From Planctomycetota bacterium (GTDB taxonomy: Bacteria; Planctomycetota; UBA1135; UBA2386), in the NCBI GenBank assembly GCA_045105235.1, contig JBGCDH010000024.1:48270-112269 (forward strand): a DNA stretch of 64,000 nt, given 5' to 3'. This document shows positions 51,924-61,352 of this stretch, in pieces (the stretch's first letter is position 1; every line of letters starts with the position of its first letter). The translations under genes and the position numbers were made by a program. The notes beneath the pieces are model-generated. The model made no database searches. It saw only the letters and a list, made by a program, of their open reading frames with translations, and had not been told where the DNA came from.

Positions 51924-53297
51924 TCACAACACGCCAATCGGTTGAAACACATGCGACGGAAAGACCAGGTTTGGATCCGTTCCGCCCATGTGCACATCGA
52001 GCACTTCTCGCAAGACGTCGCGAAAGTCATTGCTAGGCGCAACATGCTTGCCTTGCAACAAAGCCGACGGCGAGAGCCCCGGCCAAGTGCCATGCACCTG
52101 GCCTCCCTGGACCGCGGTGCCGGCACCACCAACAACCGCCATGGCGCCACCGGCGCCGTGGTCGGTTCCGAGCGACCCGTTTTCGGCCGCCGAACGGCCG
52201 AACTCCGACATCGACACCAGCACGACGTCGTCCGCCAAACCGCCCAGGTCGACAAAGAAGGCCGCGATCGCCGCGCTGTACTCTGCGGCATTGGCGTCGA
52301 TCCTCGGCACCAGATTCGAATGGTGATCCCAGCCCCCCTGATCCACGGCGAAGAACTCGACGCCAAGGTTGCCCTTGATCACCTCCGCCACTTCGCGAAG
52401 GGCCTCCCCCAAACGACCCTCGGGATATACCGCGCCGTTGCTGGGCACGTAGTTCACGGGATCGAGAGCGGCGAACAAATCGAGCAAAGCAAACGTCTCG
52501 CGCTGTGTGCGGTACGCAAGCTGGCGCTGCGGCGCCATGGCGCCGGTGGGAGTACCCGCCGCAATCGCCTCGGCGAACACACGCTGCTCTGATGTGCCGG
52601 CAAACGCCAGATCCCGCGTCGATTGCACCGCATAGCAAGCATGCGATCCAACCATCGAGCGCGGCAACACCTTGCGCAATGCCAGGGCACGCACCGGTGC
52701 CTCACCGGGGGCGGCCGTAGCCTGCAGATGCCGATTGATCCAACCCTCTGCACCGCTGCCAAGCAGCGTCGTCTCGTAGAGATCCTGACTGGCGAAGTGC
52801 GAACGGCTGTAGGGCTGATAGCCAACCGCAGGCACAACCGCACAACGGCTGTTCGCCTGCGCAAAGGATGCGTGCAGGCCCGTCATCGCCGGGTGCATCG
52901 AGAACATCGCGTCCATCGAAAGACCTTCGACGGCCGCCGCGCTTCCCGGCGCGCCCAGGCCAATGTTCGGGCGAAGCACCGCATAGTCCGGGTCTCCCGT
53001 TGGAGCGTAGAGATTGAGCGCATCGGCACCGCCGCGCTGGAACAGCGCCACCACAACGCGCGTGCCATTGCCGCGCCGCTGGGGGCCAGCCGCCCGTAGA
53101 CCGTTGTGCAGGCACAGCGCGCCGCCGGCGACCACGGCCGATGCCTGCAACATCGATCGACGCGTCGTGCCGCCCCGCGCCGCATCGTCCCGTGCTGCAT
53201 CGTCCCGCGCTGCATCGCCCCGCGCTGCATCGTCATCGGGAGACGCATTTGTGCAAGTGTCGGACTGGTTCATTGTTTTCCTCTTCCGCGTGGCCAT
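51924..53297 (-). CDS. DUF1501 domain protein (sulfatase-fold), Tat signal
   Basis: ATG at 53297, 30 nt below the DUF1800 stop. Tat motif TRRSMLQASAVVAGGALCL. WDHHSN and GTDHGAGG blocks typical of DUF1501. Confidence 0.85.
   Translation of the reverse strand: MATRKRKTMNQSDTCTNASPDDDAARGDAARDDAARDDAARGGTTRRSMLQASAVVAGGALCLHNGLRAAGPQRRGNGTRVVVALFQRGGADALNLYAPTGDPDYAVLRPNIGLGAPGSAAAVEGLSMDAMFSMHPAMTGLHASFAQANSRCAVVPAVGYQPYSRSHFASQDLYETTLLGSGAEGWINRHLQATAAPGEAPVRALALRKVLPRSMVGSHACYAVQSTRDLAFAGTSEQRVFAEAIAAGTPTGAMAPQRQLAYRTQRETFALLDLFAALDPVNYVPSNGAVYPEGRLGEALREVAEVIKGNLGVEFFAVDQGGWDHHSNLVPRIDANAAEYSAAIAAFFVDLGGLADDVVLVSMSEFGRSAAENGSLGTDHGAGGAMAVVGGAGTAVQGGQVHGTWPGLSPSALLQGKHVAPSNDFRDVLREVLDVHMGGTDPNLVFPSHVFQPIGVL
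53174..53233 (-). repeat. 4 x 15-bp in-frame tandem repeat (DAAR[GD] units) in the DUF1501 N-terminus
   Basis: cccgcgccgcatcgt / cccgtgctgcatcgt / cccgcgctgcatcgc / cccgcgctgcatcgt. Confidence 0.9.
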
Positions 53298-53326
53298 GGC
53301 GATTCCGCCGGAACGCCTAGCGACAA

Positions 53327-54877
53327 TCAGTGAAGCTGCACCTCGGGAAGCTGCAGGATGGCAGAGAGCAGATCGCGCGCTCGATTCCGTATTTGGTTGA
53401 ACGAAGGACTCGACGGCGCCGACGACAACATGCCGTCCATATACGCCGTCAAAGCCACCACGGTCGAGGGGGGCACGTCGCCGTCGACGAAACGATTCAA
53501 CAGCGGCAGCACAAAGCCGGCGCCCGTCGATGGCCAGGTCGGAAACCAAGCCGCCCACGGAATGTCTCCGGGACCAAATCGGCCGTGTGCGAAGTCGTCG
53601 GCGACGTTCCAACGCGGCAACAAGTTGCCTGCCCCTTGCCATGCTTCACCGTTCTCGGCGTAGCCCGTTGGGACGGGATTTTGATGTGGCTGCGCGCCGA
53701 GTTCGCCAATCTTGCGGTTTGCGACCACATAGCTGATCACATCGAGCTTGGCGCGACGCAGGAGATTGGCGACCATTTCAAAGCCGTCGCGCACCTTGTC
53801 ACGCTCCGCAGACATCGCGGCAAAGTCCGGATCCTGGAAGATCGCCGCCACCGTCTCGCCCATGCCACCGCCAGACCCCGAAAAGGCCTGCGCGACCCGC
53901 TGCAGCATGCCAGCCGTTGGCGAGTCGCCGGCAAAGTAGCGACAGAGCTTCGCCGGAATGCGCGCTGCAGTCTGTGGCATCGCCGCGAGGTAGTTGAGCA
54001 GACTCTCGCCTTCTTGCACCCCCGCGGGCCCCGCGATGCCGGGCGTGGACCACCCAAACGACAGCGTCTTGCTGCCGGCATCGTGACGGTCATCACGGAA
54101 CGCAAAGAAGCTGAACACCGCCTCGTTGCCGGAGCCGTATTCGCGCTGCCGCGACCAACCCGTAAAGACTCGCGCAACTTCCGCGACATCCGCCTCCGTG
54201 TAGCCGGCGCCAACTCCGAGCGTGTGCAGCTCGAGCAGCTCGCGCGCGTAGTTTTCGTTTGGACGGCCGGCTCGATTGGACCGCGAGTCCAGGTAGTCAA
54301 TCATCGCCGGACTCTTCGCACTCGCCTGCAGCAGGTCCGCAAAGCGGCCAAAGGCGCGCTGGAAGAAGGTATTGTCTTCCTGCGTTTCGCTGACGCCAGC
54401 AGTCGCGCGTCGATACGTCGAAAAGTGGTTGTTCCAGAAATAGGCCGTCCGCCACGCCAGCTGGCGCCGCGACGTCACCGCGCGCGCGAGCAACCGGATA
54501 TCGGCAGACGACCCACCGGTCGCGCTGCTCGACGCAGCAACCGCGCCATCGGACGCACGATCGTCGATCTGGCGCGGCTGCAGCTGCTCCTGAAGCCACG
54601 CGCCAGGACCTTGCTCCGCGATCGCCTCAACGGTTGCTGCGTCGCCGCCGAACGTTGCCCGACTTGCCAACCGCCGCGCCATCGCCACGGTGCTGGGCAA
54701 GCTCCCACCTACTTGGCAGGGTACGGCCTGGATGGATTGGACCTGGCTGGATTCGACCTGGCTGGCGGCAGCGGCAGGCTCCACTGCGGAGGAAGGCGGA
54801 ACGGGAATACCGACGCACGGACGCGGCAGACCAAAGAAGCGCTGCACGACTTCACGTCGCGTAGATTCGGCAGGCAT
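53327..54877 (-). CDS. DUF1800 domain protein
   Basis: YFWNNHFS and NYARELLELHTLGVGAGYTEADVAEVARVFTGW blocks typical of DUF1800. Usual upstream partner of DUF1501. Confidence 0.85.
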   Translation of the reverse strand: MPAESTRREVVQRFFGLPRPCVGIPVPPSSAVEPAAAASQVESSQVQSIQAVPCQVGGSLPSTVAMARRLASRATFGGDAATVEAIAEQGPGAWLQEQLQPRQIDDRASDGAVAASSSATGGSSADIRLLARAVTSRRQLAWRTAYFWNNHFSTYRRATAGVSETQEDNTFFQRAFGRFADLLQASAKSPAMIDYLDSRSNRAGRPNENYARELLELHTLGVGAGYTEADVAEVARVFTGWSRQREYGSGNEAVFSFFAFRDDRHDAGSKTLSFGWSTPGIAGPAGVQEGESLLNYLAAMPQTAARIPAKLCRYFAGDSPTAGMLQRVAQAFSGSGGGMGETVAAIFQDPDFAAMSAERDKVRDGFEMVANLLRRAKLDVISYVVANRKIGELGAQPHQNPVPTGYAENGEAWQGAGNLLPRWNVADDFAHGRFGPGDIPWAAWFPTWPSTGAGFVLPLLNRFVDGDVPPSTVVALTAYMDGMLSSAPSSPSFNQIRNRARDLLSAILQLPEVQLH

Positions 54878-55064
54878 GGGTGCTCTGGATTGGAGACGAA
54901 AGGCTGCTGCTGCCTACGCCCTCCGCTGCACACCTGGTCACGCCGATGCTTGAAAATCAAGCAACGCCGAGCGCTCGCGTCATGCAGCTCGCCAAGCCAT
55001 TCCTGCCGCATTCCGCGATGGAACGCAACGTGCTCCAAGCGCTGCTATCGCGTCGCGATACGCT

Positions 55065-55769
55065 CTACAGACGTATCGGCAGCAACGAATCGCGCGCGAC
55101 CACAAAGCCATCGGCTTGCTCTGCATAGTTTGCGCGGGGTGCAAACATCTGCAGAACGAACACGCGCTCGCCAAACCTGCGGGTCGCGATACGCCCAATC
55201 TGCAGGTCGTGATCGGCCCCGCGGTGAACCAACACATCCCCGCATAGCGGCCCGCCCTTGAACTCTGCAGCCTCGGGCTCCTCACCGGTCGCGGCACTCA
55301 TGCCGGCGCAATGAAACGGCCGGCTCGACACGACCCGATCCCCACGCGCAGCCACCCAACGGTCAAGCCACTCGGGAAGACGCACGCTCTCGGCAAGAAG
55401 ATGCCCATCGATCTCGATTCTGACGTGCGCACCGACGCGCCAACGGACCAGACTGGCACCGCCACCGCGCGAATCGCGAATCGCTCCCGCCGGCAGGCGC
55501 ACGCTCAGCCACCAGTCACGATCAATCAGGTCGTCGGCACCGGTCATCGGGTAGCGGCTCTTCCATTCGGCTGGCGAAGACGCGACCCGACTCGGAAATG
55601 GCACACCCGGCGCCCGACGAAGCCGCCCGAGCCATCGCGCCAGATGCTGGTCATAGCCATCCACGGACGGATCCGTTTCGACCACGACGATCGGATCGAA
55701 TCCGAGCGGGTCGACGATCGACGCGTCGACCGATTCGGATCGCGGCTGCTCCAGTTCGGGTTCTTGCAT
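55065..55769 (-). CDS. Hypothetical cytoplasmic protein
   Basis: 234 aa ATG ORF with coding-like codon bias. No motif recognised. Confidence 0.6.
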   Translation of the reverse strand: MQEPELEQPRSESVDASIVDPLGFDPIVVVETDPSVDGYDQHLARWLGRLRRAPGVPFPSRVASSPAEWKSRYPMTGADDLIDRDWWLSVRLPAGAIRDSRGGGASLVRWRVGAHVRIEIDGHLLAESVRLPEWLDRWVAARGDRVVSSRPFHCAGMSAATGEEPEAAEFKGGPLCGDVLVHRGADHDLQIGRIATRRFGERVFVLQMFAPRANYAEQADGFVVARDSLLPIRL

Positions 55770-55986
55770 GGCTCGTCACCGTCCACAACGCCAAGAAACG
55801 CATGCCGTGGCATCGTTGTCGCGCGCGCACGCACAGCCAGCGAAAACACAGACGCGGTCCCCAGGACATACTGCCATTTTCTAGGCTCACTTTCCGCCGG
55901 CCAGATGCGCAGACGACATGCCGCAGCCACACGCATACTGGCCACGACCATGACGGATTCGCCATAAGCCGGGCCCCGCTATCGAC

Positions 55987-56727
55987 TCACCGACGCAACG
56001 GCTGCCAAAGCTGGTTGCTGACCGGCTTGCCAGAAAGCTCGCCCACAAGGTTCATGATGCGCATCGGGCGCGGTCCAGGACGGCCCTCAATCTTCGCGGC
56101 CAGGCCGGGCTCGGCCATCTTCAGCAGCGGCGGTAGGTCGACGTGCCATCCGCTGGCTTCCCGCACCAACGGCACGGCCACGCCGATTTCTTGCCCCCCG
56201 CGCTCCATCTGAATTTCGGCGCGGTCGCCAACGACCTCGACGTGCCCTGCCTGCATGCTCGCGAAGCCGCGCACGTCGACGATGCCTTGATCGATCGCAG
56301 CCGCAACCAGGGCGCGGCCCGGCATTCTTGCAAGCGCGCCTTCTGGCAGAGCGGAGCGCAAGCGCAGCACTGCGACCTGGTCGGTCAACGACTCTCGCTC
56401 GAGCGCTTGGGGCGCGGCATCCAGCGCAAGCTCTCGCCAACGAGACAGAGCATCGGCCGTGCTCTGCGCGACCTGCTGCGCCAGCTCCCGAACATCTCCC
56501 GCACCGGCAGCGTTTCGAAACGCCGTGAAGGCTGCCGCGGCTCGCGCCTCGTCTGAGCCCGAAGCCACCGTTCGCGTCGCTGCCGGCTGGGATGCCAGCC
56601 GAGATGCCTGCTGAGATGCCGGCTGCGAAACCTGCTGGGAATCACGCGGCGCACAGCCGGAAACCGCGCCCACGGCAAGCAGACTCGCAGCCACCAGCAA
56701 AGCTCTTGAGAGCAGGATTCGACGCAT
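55987..56727 (-). CDS. Lipoprotein, unknown function, with repetitive SQ(P/Q)AS linker
   Basis: MRRILLSRALLVAASLLAVGAVSGC lipobox. Linker SQQVSQPASQQASRLASQPA encoded by ~12-bp repeats at about 56578-56640. Confidence 0.7.
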   Translation of the reverse strand: MRRILLSRALLVAASLLAVGAVSGCAPRDSQQVSQPASQQASRLASQPAATRTVASGSDEARAAAAFTAFRNAAGAGDVRELAQQVAQSTADALSRWRELALDAAPQALERESLTDQVAVLRLRSALPEGALARMPGRALVAAAIDQGIVDVRGFASMQAGHVEVVGDRAEIQMERGGQEIGVAVPLVREASGWHVDLPPLLKMAEPGLAAKIEGRPGPRPMRIMNLVGELSGKPVSNQLWQPLRR

Positions 56728-56845
56728 AGCAATCTAGAAGGGGACGAAGCATCCGCCCCGGGAGAGCTCGCCGGGACGCCGAACACACGATACTGCCCGA
56801 CTGCGATTCGCACACAGATGCAACCGTTTCGCTATCGTGCCGTAC

Positions 56846-58282
56846 ATGCAGGCACGTTTTCTGGTCGCTTTGGCGTTGGCAAGTCTGTTGTCGCCAACAG
56901 TGGCCGCGCAGGCTCAACAAGAGCCACTGCGGATCACCGTCTCGGGTCCCGACGGCAAGCCCTATCCGGGCGCGACGGTCCAAGTCCTGCGTTTTGAAAA
57001 CGCCGACGCGTACTACGCCATGCACGAGTGGATCGACCGCGATCGTCAGCGCACGGTGGCCCGACTGACAACGCCCAAAAACGGCTGCATCGGCGTACAG
57101 CTCCCCGTCGCCATCCCGCACCGCATCTGCGTCGACGTGCCACCGTTTGCGATCGAGTGGCGCGCCGGCATCTATGCCGGCGGCGAAATCGAGATCCAGC
57201 TGCGCGAAGCCGCGATCCTCGAAGGCACGGTGACCGACGACACCGGCGCCCCGATCCCGGCCGAGCGCGTGCTGGTCCAGGCCAGCGGCAATCCAACCAC
57301 GCAGAAAACGTGGCTCGCCGCGGGCGCCGACGGCTGCTTCCGTATGGATCGGTGCATGCCCGGCAACTACTACGTCGAAGCCACGTCAAGTCGCGCGGCA
57401 TGCCACGGCGGCAAGAACGTCAAGCTGCGCAGCGGCGAGAAGACCATGGTCGCATTCTTGCTTGAACGCGGGGCAACCCTGCGCGGGCAGGTGCGCGACG
57501 AACAAACCGGGCTCCCCATCGCCGGCGCCACGCTCGGGATCAGCTGGACGTTTGACAAGCCCGTAGCGAGCGACGCCGATGGACGCTTTGAGCTGCGCGG
57601 CCTCGGCGGCCCGTTCGTCAACAACCTGTTTCTGCGGCACCCAAGCTACGCCAAACAGCAGATCCAGCGCCCCGCGCAAAAACAGGGCGCCGTCACGCTG
57701 GATCTTGCCATGCGGCGCGGCATCGAAGTAAGCGGGCGCATCGTCGACGCCCAAGGATCGCCGGTTGGCGACTGCTACGTTGCGGTTGTTGGCATGACGC
57801 GCGACCTGGCGCAACAACAGACCGACTGGCTTTCGGCTCGAACCGACGAAGCCGGGCGCTACCAATTGAGTGGCGTGCGCGAGTTGCTCCGCCCTGTCGT
57901 GCTCGTGCGCCGCGACGGCAACGCAACCTGGTTTGCCACCGTGCCAAAGGCAGACAACAAGCAGCACAGCGCCGTGCCGGACATCACGCTGCTCCCGCGA
58001 CAAATTGTGCAGGGGGTGCTACTCGACGGCGCCGGAGACCCCATGCCCGGCAGCCGCGTCGCGCTGATCGGAATGCACGACGGCGCACCCCGGCACTGCC
58101 GCAAGGGCAACGGGGCGCTCGCCAGCTATCTGGGCCATCGCGCCGGCTACACCGATGCGCGCGGGCGGTTCTTCTTTGGCGACTTGGCACCCGGCAACTA
58201 CGAGCTGCACAGCCCCCCGCTTCGCCAGCAGGTTCGGGTGCGCGCCGGCGTCGACCCAAAGCCCATCGAGCTGGCCCACTGA
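56846..58282 (+). CDS. Secreted protein made of carboxypeptidase-regulatory-like beta-sandwich repeats
   Basis: ATG at 56846 gives MQARFLVALALASLLSPTVAAQA. Repeats such as LRITVSGPDGKPYPGATVQV, LEGTVTDDTGAPIPAERVLV, LRGQVRDEQTGLPIAGATL, VSGRIVDAQGSPVGDCYV and PGNYELHS. Confidence 0.8.
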   Translation: MQARFLVALALASLLSPTVAAQAQQEPLRITVSGPDGKPYPGATVQVLRFENADAYYAMHEWIDRDRQRTVARLTTPKNGCIGVQLPVAIPHRICVDVPPFAIEWRAGIYAGGEIEIQLREAAILEGTVTDDTGAPIPAERVLVQASGNPTTQKTWLAAGADGCFRMDRCMPGNYYVEATSSRAACHGGKNVKLRSGEKTMVAFLLERGATLRGQVRDEQTGLPIAGATLGISWTFDKPVASDADGRFELRGLGGPFVNNLFLRHPSYAKQQIQRPAQKQGAVTLDLAMRRGIEVSGRIVDAQGSPVGDCYVAVVGMTRDLAQQQTDWLSARTDEAGRYQLSGVRELLRPVVLVRRDGNATWFATVPKADNKQHSAVPDITLLPRQIVQGVLLDGAGDPMPGSRVALIGMHDGAPRHCRKGNGALASYLGHRAGYTDARGRFFFGDLAPGNYELHSPPLRQQVRVRAGVDPKPIELAH

Positions 58283-58409
58283 GATCGTGCGCAGAGAGGC
58301 CCCTGGCAGCGCACGTTGGCAACCCCGACATGATCCTCCCTGCACCAAAGGCCAGGTTCCGATAGCATGCTTGCCCTGATTCCCGCCTTGCGCGCGGGGT
58401 TGAAACCTC

Positions 58410-60416
58410 ATGGCATCCCCCTGCAGCACTCCTGACGCCTCGGCGTTTCTCCCGACCACGCGAGCCGAAATGAAGGCCCGTGGCTGGGACGAAGTAGACG
58501 TCGTCTTTGTCTCCGGCGACGCCTACATCGACCACCCCTCGTTTGCCGCCGCACTGCTCGGGCGCGTGCTCGAGGCCGAGGGCTTCCGCGTCGCCATCCT
58601 GCCGCAGCCAGCCTGGAACAACGCCGACGCCTTCCGCGAGTTCGGTTGCCCACGCCTCTGCTTTGCAGTGAGCGCCGGCAACATGGATTCGATGATCAAC
58701 CACTACACGGCAAACAAGAAGCGACGCAACGACGACGCCTACTCGCCCGGTGGCCAGATCGAGCTGCGGCCGGACCGAGCCACCAACGTGTATGCCCAGC
58801 GGTGCCGCGAAGCGTTCAAAGAAGTACCGGTCATCGCCGGCGGCGTCGAAGCCTCGCTGCGCCGCATCGCGCACTTTGACTACTGGTCGGAAACCGTTCG
58901 GCCTTCGATCCTGGTCACATCCAAGGCCGACCTCGTCGGCTTTGGCATGGGCGAAAGCGTCATCGTCGAGATCCTAAAGCGGCTTCGCGAGGGTCGCTCG
59001 ATCCAGGAGTGTCGGGACCTGCGCGGCGTCGCCTACCTGCTCGGCGGCAAGGAAGAGCTGCCCGCACACGAGTGGCACGACGCCAGCTGCGACAATCGCA
59101 CGGTCGAGATGCCAAGCTTCGAACGGGTCAAAGAGGACAAGCGCGCCTTCGCGGATGCGACGCGCCTCTTGCACCACGAAACCAACCCGCAAAACGGCCG
59201 CCGACTGACGCAACAGCACGGGGATCGCCTGCTCGTCGTCAACCCGCCCGCACTCGCGCTCGACGAGCGCGGCATGGATGCGATCTACGATCATCGCTAC
59301 ACGCGTCGCCCGCATCCGCGCTACAGCGAAGCGATCCCAGCGCACACGATGATCAAGGACAGCGTGACGACCATGCGCGGCTGCTTTGGCGGCTGCACGT
59401 TCTGTTCGATCACGATGCACCAGGGCCGCGCCATCCAGAGCCGCAGCCAAAAGTCCGTGCTCAAGGAAGTGCGCCAGATGGCGGCGGACCCCGAGTTCAA
59501 GGGCCACATCAGCGACGTCGGCGGGCCGACCGCGAACATGTTCCAGATGCGCTGCTCGCGCCCGGAAATCGAAGCCAAGTGCCGCCGGCTATCGTGCGTG
59601 CACCCCACCGTCTGCAAGCTGCTCGGCGTCGACCACAAGCCGACCAAGGACCTGCTGAAGAAGGTGCGCGAAACACCGGGCGTCAAGTCCGTGCGCGTTG
59701 CGTCCGGGATCCGCATGGACCTGGCGCGATTCGACGACGAATACCTCAGCGACATGGCCACGCACCATGTCGGCGGCCAGCTCAAGGTGGCGCCAGAGCA
59801 CGTCAGCCCCAAGGTGCTGTCGCTGATGAAGAAGCCGGAGCACAACACGTTTGAAGAGTTTGCCGACAAGTTCAAGGCGGCCAGCGAACGCGCCGGCAAG
59901 GAACAGTACCTGATCCCCTACTTCATCGCGTCGCACCCCGGATCCGGCGTCGCCGAGATGATCGACCTCGCGGTCTTCTTGAAGCAGCGCGGCTACCGAC
60001 CGCGCCAGGTGCAGGACTTCATTCCGGCGCCGATGGACATCGCGACCTGCATGTACCACACCGGCCTCGACCCGATGACGATGAAGCCCGTCGAGACGGT
60101 CAAGAAGCTCAAGGATCGAGAAGTGCAGCGCGCGCTGATGCAGTACTTCAAACCCGAAAACTGGTTCACGGTGCGCAAAGCCCTGCTAGACGCCGGCAAG
60201 AAGGAGCTGATCGGCGATGGCCCCATGGCGCTGATCCCCAAGAATCCGCCGAAGGAAGCCCTTGCTGCACGTCGGCAGGGAGCCAACACGCGGCGCGGCG
60301 ACCCAACCTACGTGCACGCCAAGGATGCCGGCGTGCGCTCCGAAGGCGGCAGCGGCGGTCGCGGCGGCAGCCGCAGCCGCGGCCGAACGAGCGGCAAACG
60401 GCGCGAGCGCACGTAG
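58410..60416 (+). CDS. ygiQ: YgiQ-family (UPF0313) radical SAM protein
   Basis: FLPTTRAEMKARGWDEVDVVFVSGDAYIDHPSF N-terminus. CFGGCTFCSI radical-SAM cluster motif. Basic Gly/Arg-rich C-terminal tail. Confidence 0.9.
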   Translation: MASPCSTPDASAFLPTTRAEMKARGWDEVDVVFVSGDAYIDHPSFAAALLGRVLEAEGFRVAILPQPAWNNADAFREFGCPRLCFAVSAGNMDSMINHYTANKKRRNDDAYSPGGQIELRPDRATNVYAQRCREAFKEVPVIAGGVEASLRRIAHFDYWSETVRPSILVTSKADLVGFGMGESVIVEILKRLREGRSIQECRDLRGVAYLLGGKEELPAHEWHDASCDNRTVEMPSFERVKEDKRAFADATRLLHHETNPQNGRRLTQQHGDRLLVVNPPALALDERGMDAIYDHRYTRRPHPRYSEAIPAHTMIKDSVTTMRGCFGGCTFCSITMHQGRAIQSRSQKSVLKEVRQMAADPEFKGHISDVGGPTANMFQMRCSRPEIEAKCRRLSCVHPTVCKLLGVDHKPTKDLLKKVRETPGVKSVRVASGIRMDLARFDDEYLSDMATHHVGGQLKVAPEHVSPKVLSLMKKPEHNTFEEFADKFKAASERAGKEQYLIPYFIASHPGSGVAEMIDLAVFLKQRGYRPRQVQDFIPAPMDIATCMYHTGLDPMTMKPVETVKKLKDREVQRALMQYFKPENWFTVRKALLDAGKKELIGDGPMALIPKNPPKEALAARRQGANTRRGDPTYVHAKDAGVRSEGGSGGRGGSRSRGRTSGKRRERT

Positions 60417-60455
60417 CCAAGCCGGAGCGAACTTTGCCTTGCTGCTCCGGCAGCG

Positions 60456-61277
60456 TCAGTGGGTCGCCGACCACGAGTGCTCGAGCCACGGGCTGTCTTC
60501 GCGCTTTAGGTGCGCATCGGCGATTTGGATCATCGCCGGCATGGTGTCGCTGAAGCCGTTCCAGAAGATCCGCCCGATCAAGAACGCCAGCGCGTGCTCC
60601 TTCCAGGAGTCGGCCGCTTCTTGCGCTAGATCCGTGGCTCGATCCATGTAGTACCAAGCCGTCTCCTCGTCGATGTAGCCAACAGCGTGCGACATCCTGG
60701 CCACGTAGGCCACGCGCCCAAAGTCCCAGCCGCCGATGCCGCGAATCGCATCCTCGCCGCTGTCGAGGTAGCCCTTCTTGTGCATCGTCGCGATACCGCT
60801 CAGCAGGTTCTTGTGGCAGTCCAAGAAGAACGCTCGCTCATCGAGATCTGCGAACGCCGCCTCGATGCGCGCCCGCGCCTCCTTCGGCGACGCATCGCCA
60901 ATGACGTGCTTTAGCTTTTCAAACGCGACCCGGTGCCCCTCCGCGATCAGCCAGTCCAGCCGGTCGACGGCATCCTCATGGTTGCCGATACCCCACCAGT
61001 GCTGCAGCGCTTGGATCTCAGAGCTCGCATCAAAACCGGTATCGATGTCATCGACCGGCATGCCGTTCATCTGGCAGAGCACACCGCCGGTAGCCATCGA
61101 GCGCACCTGCTGCGGCGACAGCAGATTCTTGCCCGTGCGCGGAAACCACGTCGCCGGCTTCTTTGCAGCCGCGGCGGCTTTCAGCGCTTTGCGCGACTCT
61201 GGATGGGCGTAAGCCGCAAGTACGATCACCGCGCACACGCCAAGCATGACCCACGCGTAGGCTGGAAGACTGTTCAT
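60456..61277 (-). CDS. DUF1266 domain membrane-anchored protein
   Basis: N-terminal TM helix. GGWDFGRVAYVARMSHAVGYIDEETAWYYM resembles the DUF1266 core. Confidence 0.65.
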   Translation of the reverse strand: MNSLPAYAWVMLGVCAVIVLAAYAHPESRKALKAAAAAKKPATWFPRTGKNLLSPQQVRSMATGGVLCQMNGMPVDDIDTGFDASSEIQALQHWWGIGNHEDAVDRLDWLIAEGHRVAFEKLKHVIGDASPKEARARIEAAFADLDERAFFLDCHKNLLSGIATMHKKGYLDSGEDAIRGIGGWDFGRVAYVARMSHAVGYIDEETAWYYMDRATDLAQEAADSWKEHALAFLIGRIFWNGFSDTMPAMIQIADAHLKREDSPWLEHSWSATH

Positions 61278-61352
61278 TCGCGAAGCCTAGCCTGGGTCGC
61301 CGATCGAGTTGTCATATGGCGATCATGGCCACAACGTTTCCGGACGCAGCCT

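Noticed and set aside
53330-55261. 643-aa plus-strand ORF opposite DUF1800. Also 51150..52592 opposite DUF3810/DUF1501, 9946..11304 opposite the methyltransferase, and 62357..63322 opposite the partial gene at the window end.
   Set aside because: The same reasoning applies: recognisable families on the opposite strand and Arg-rich featureless translations on this one.
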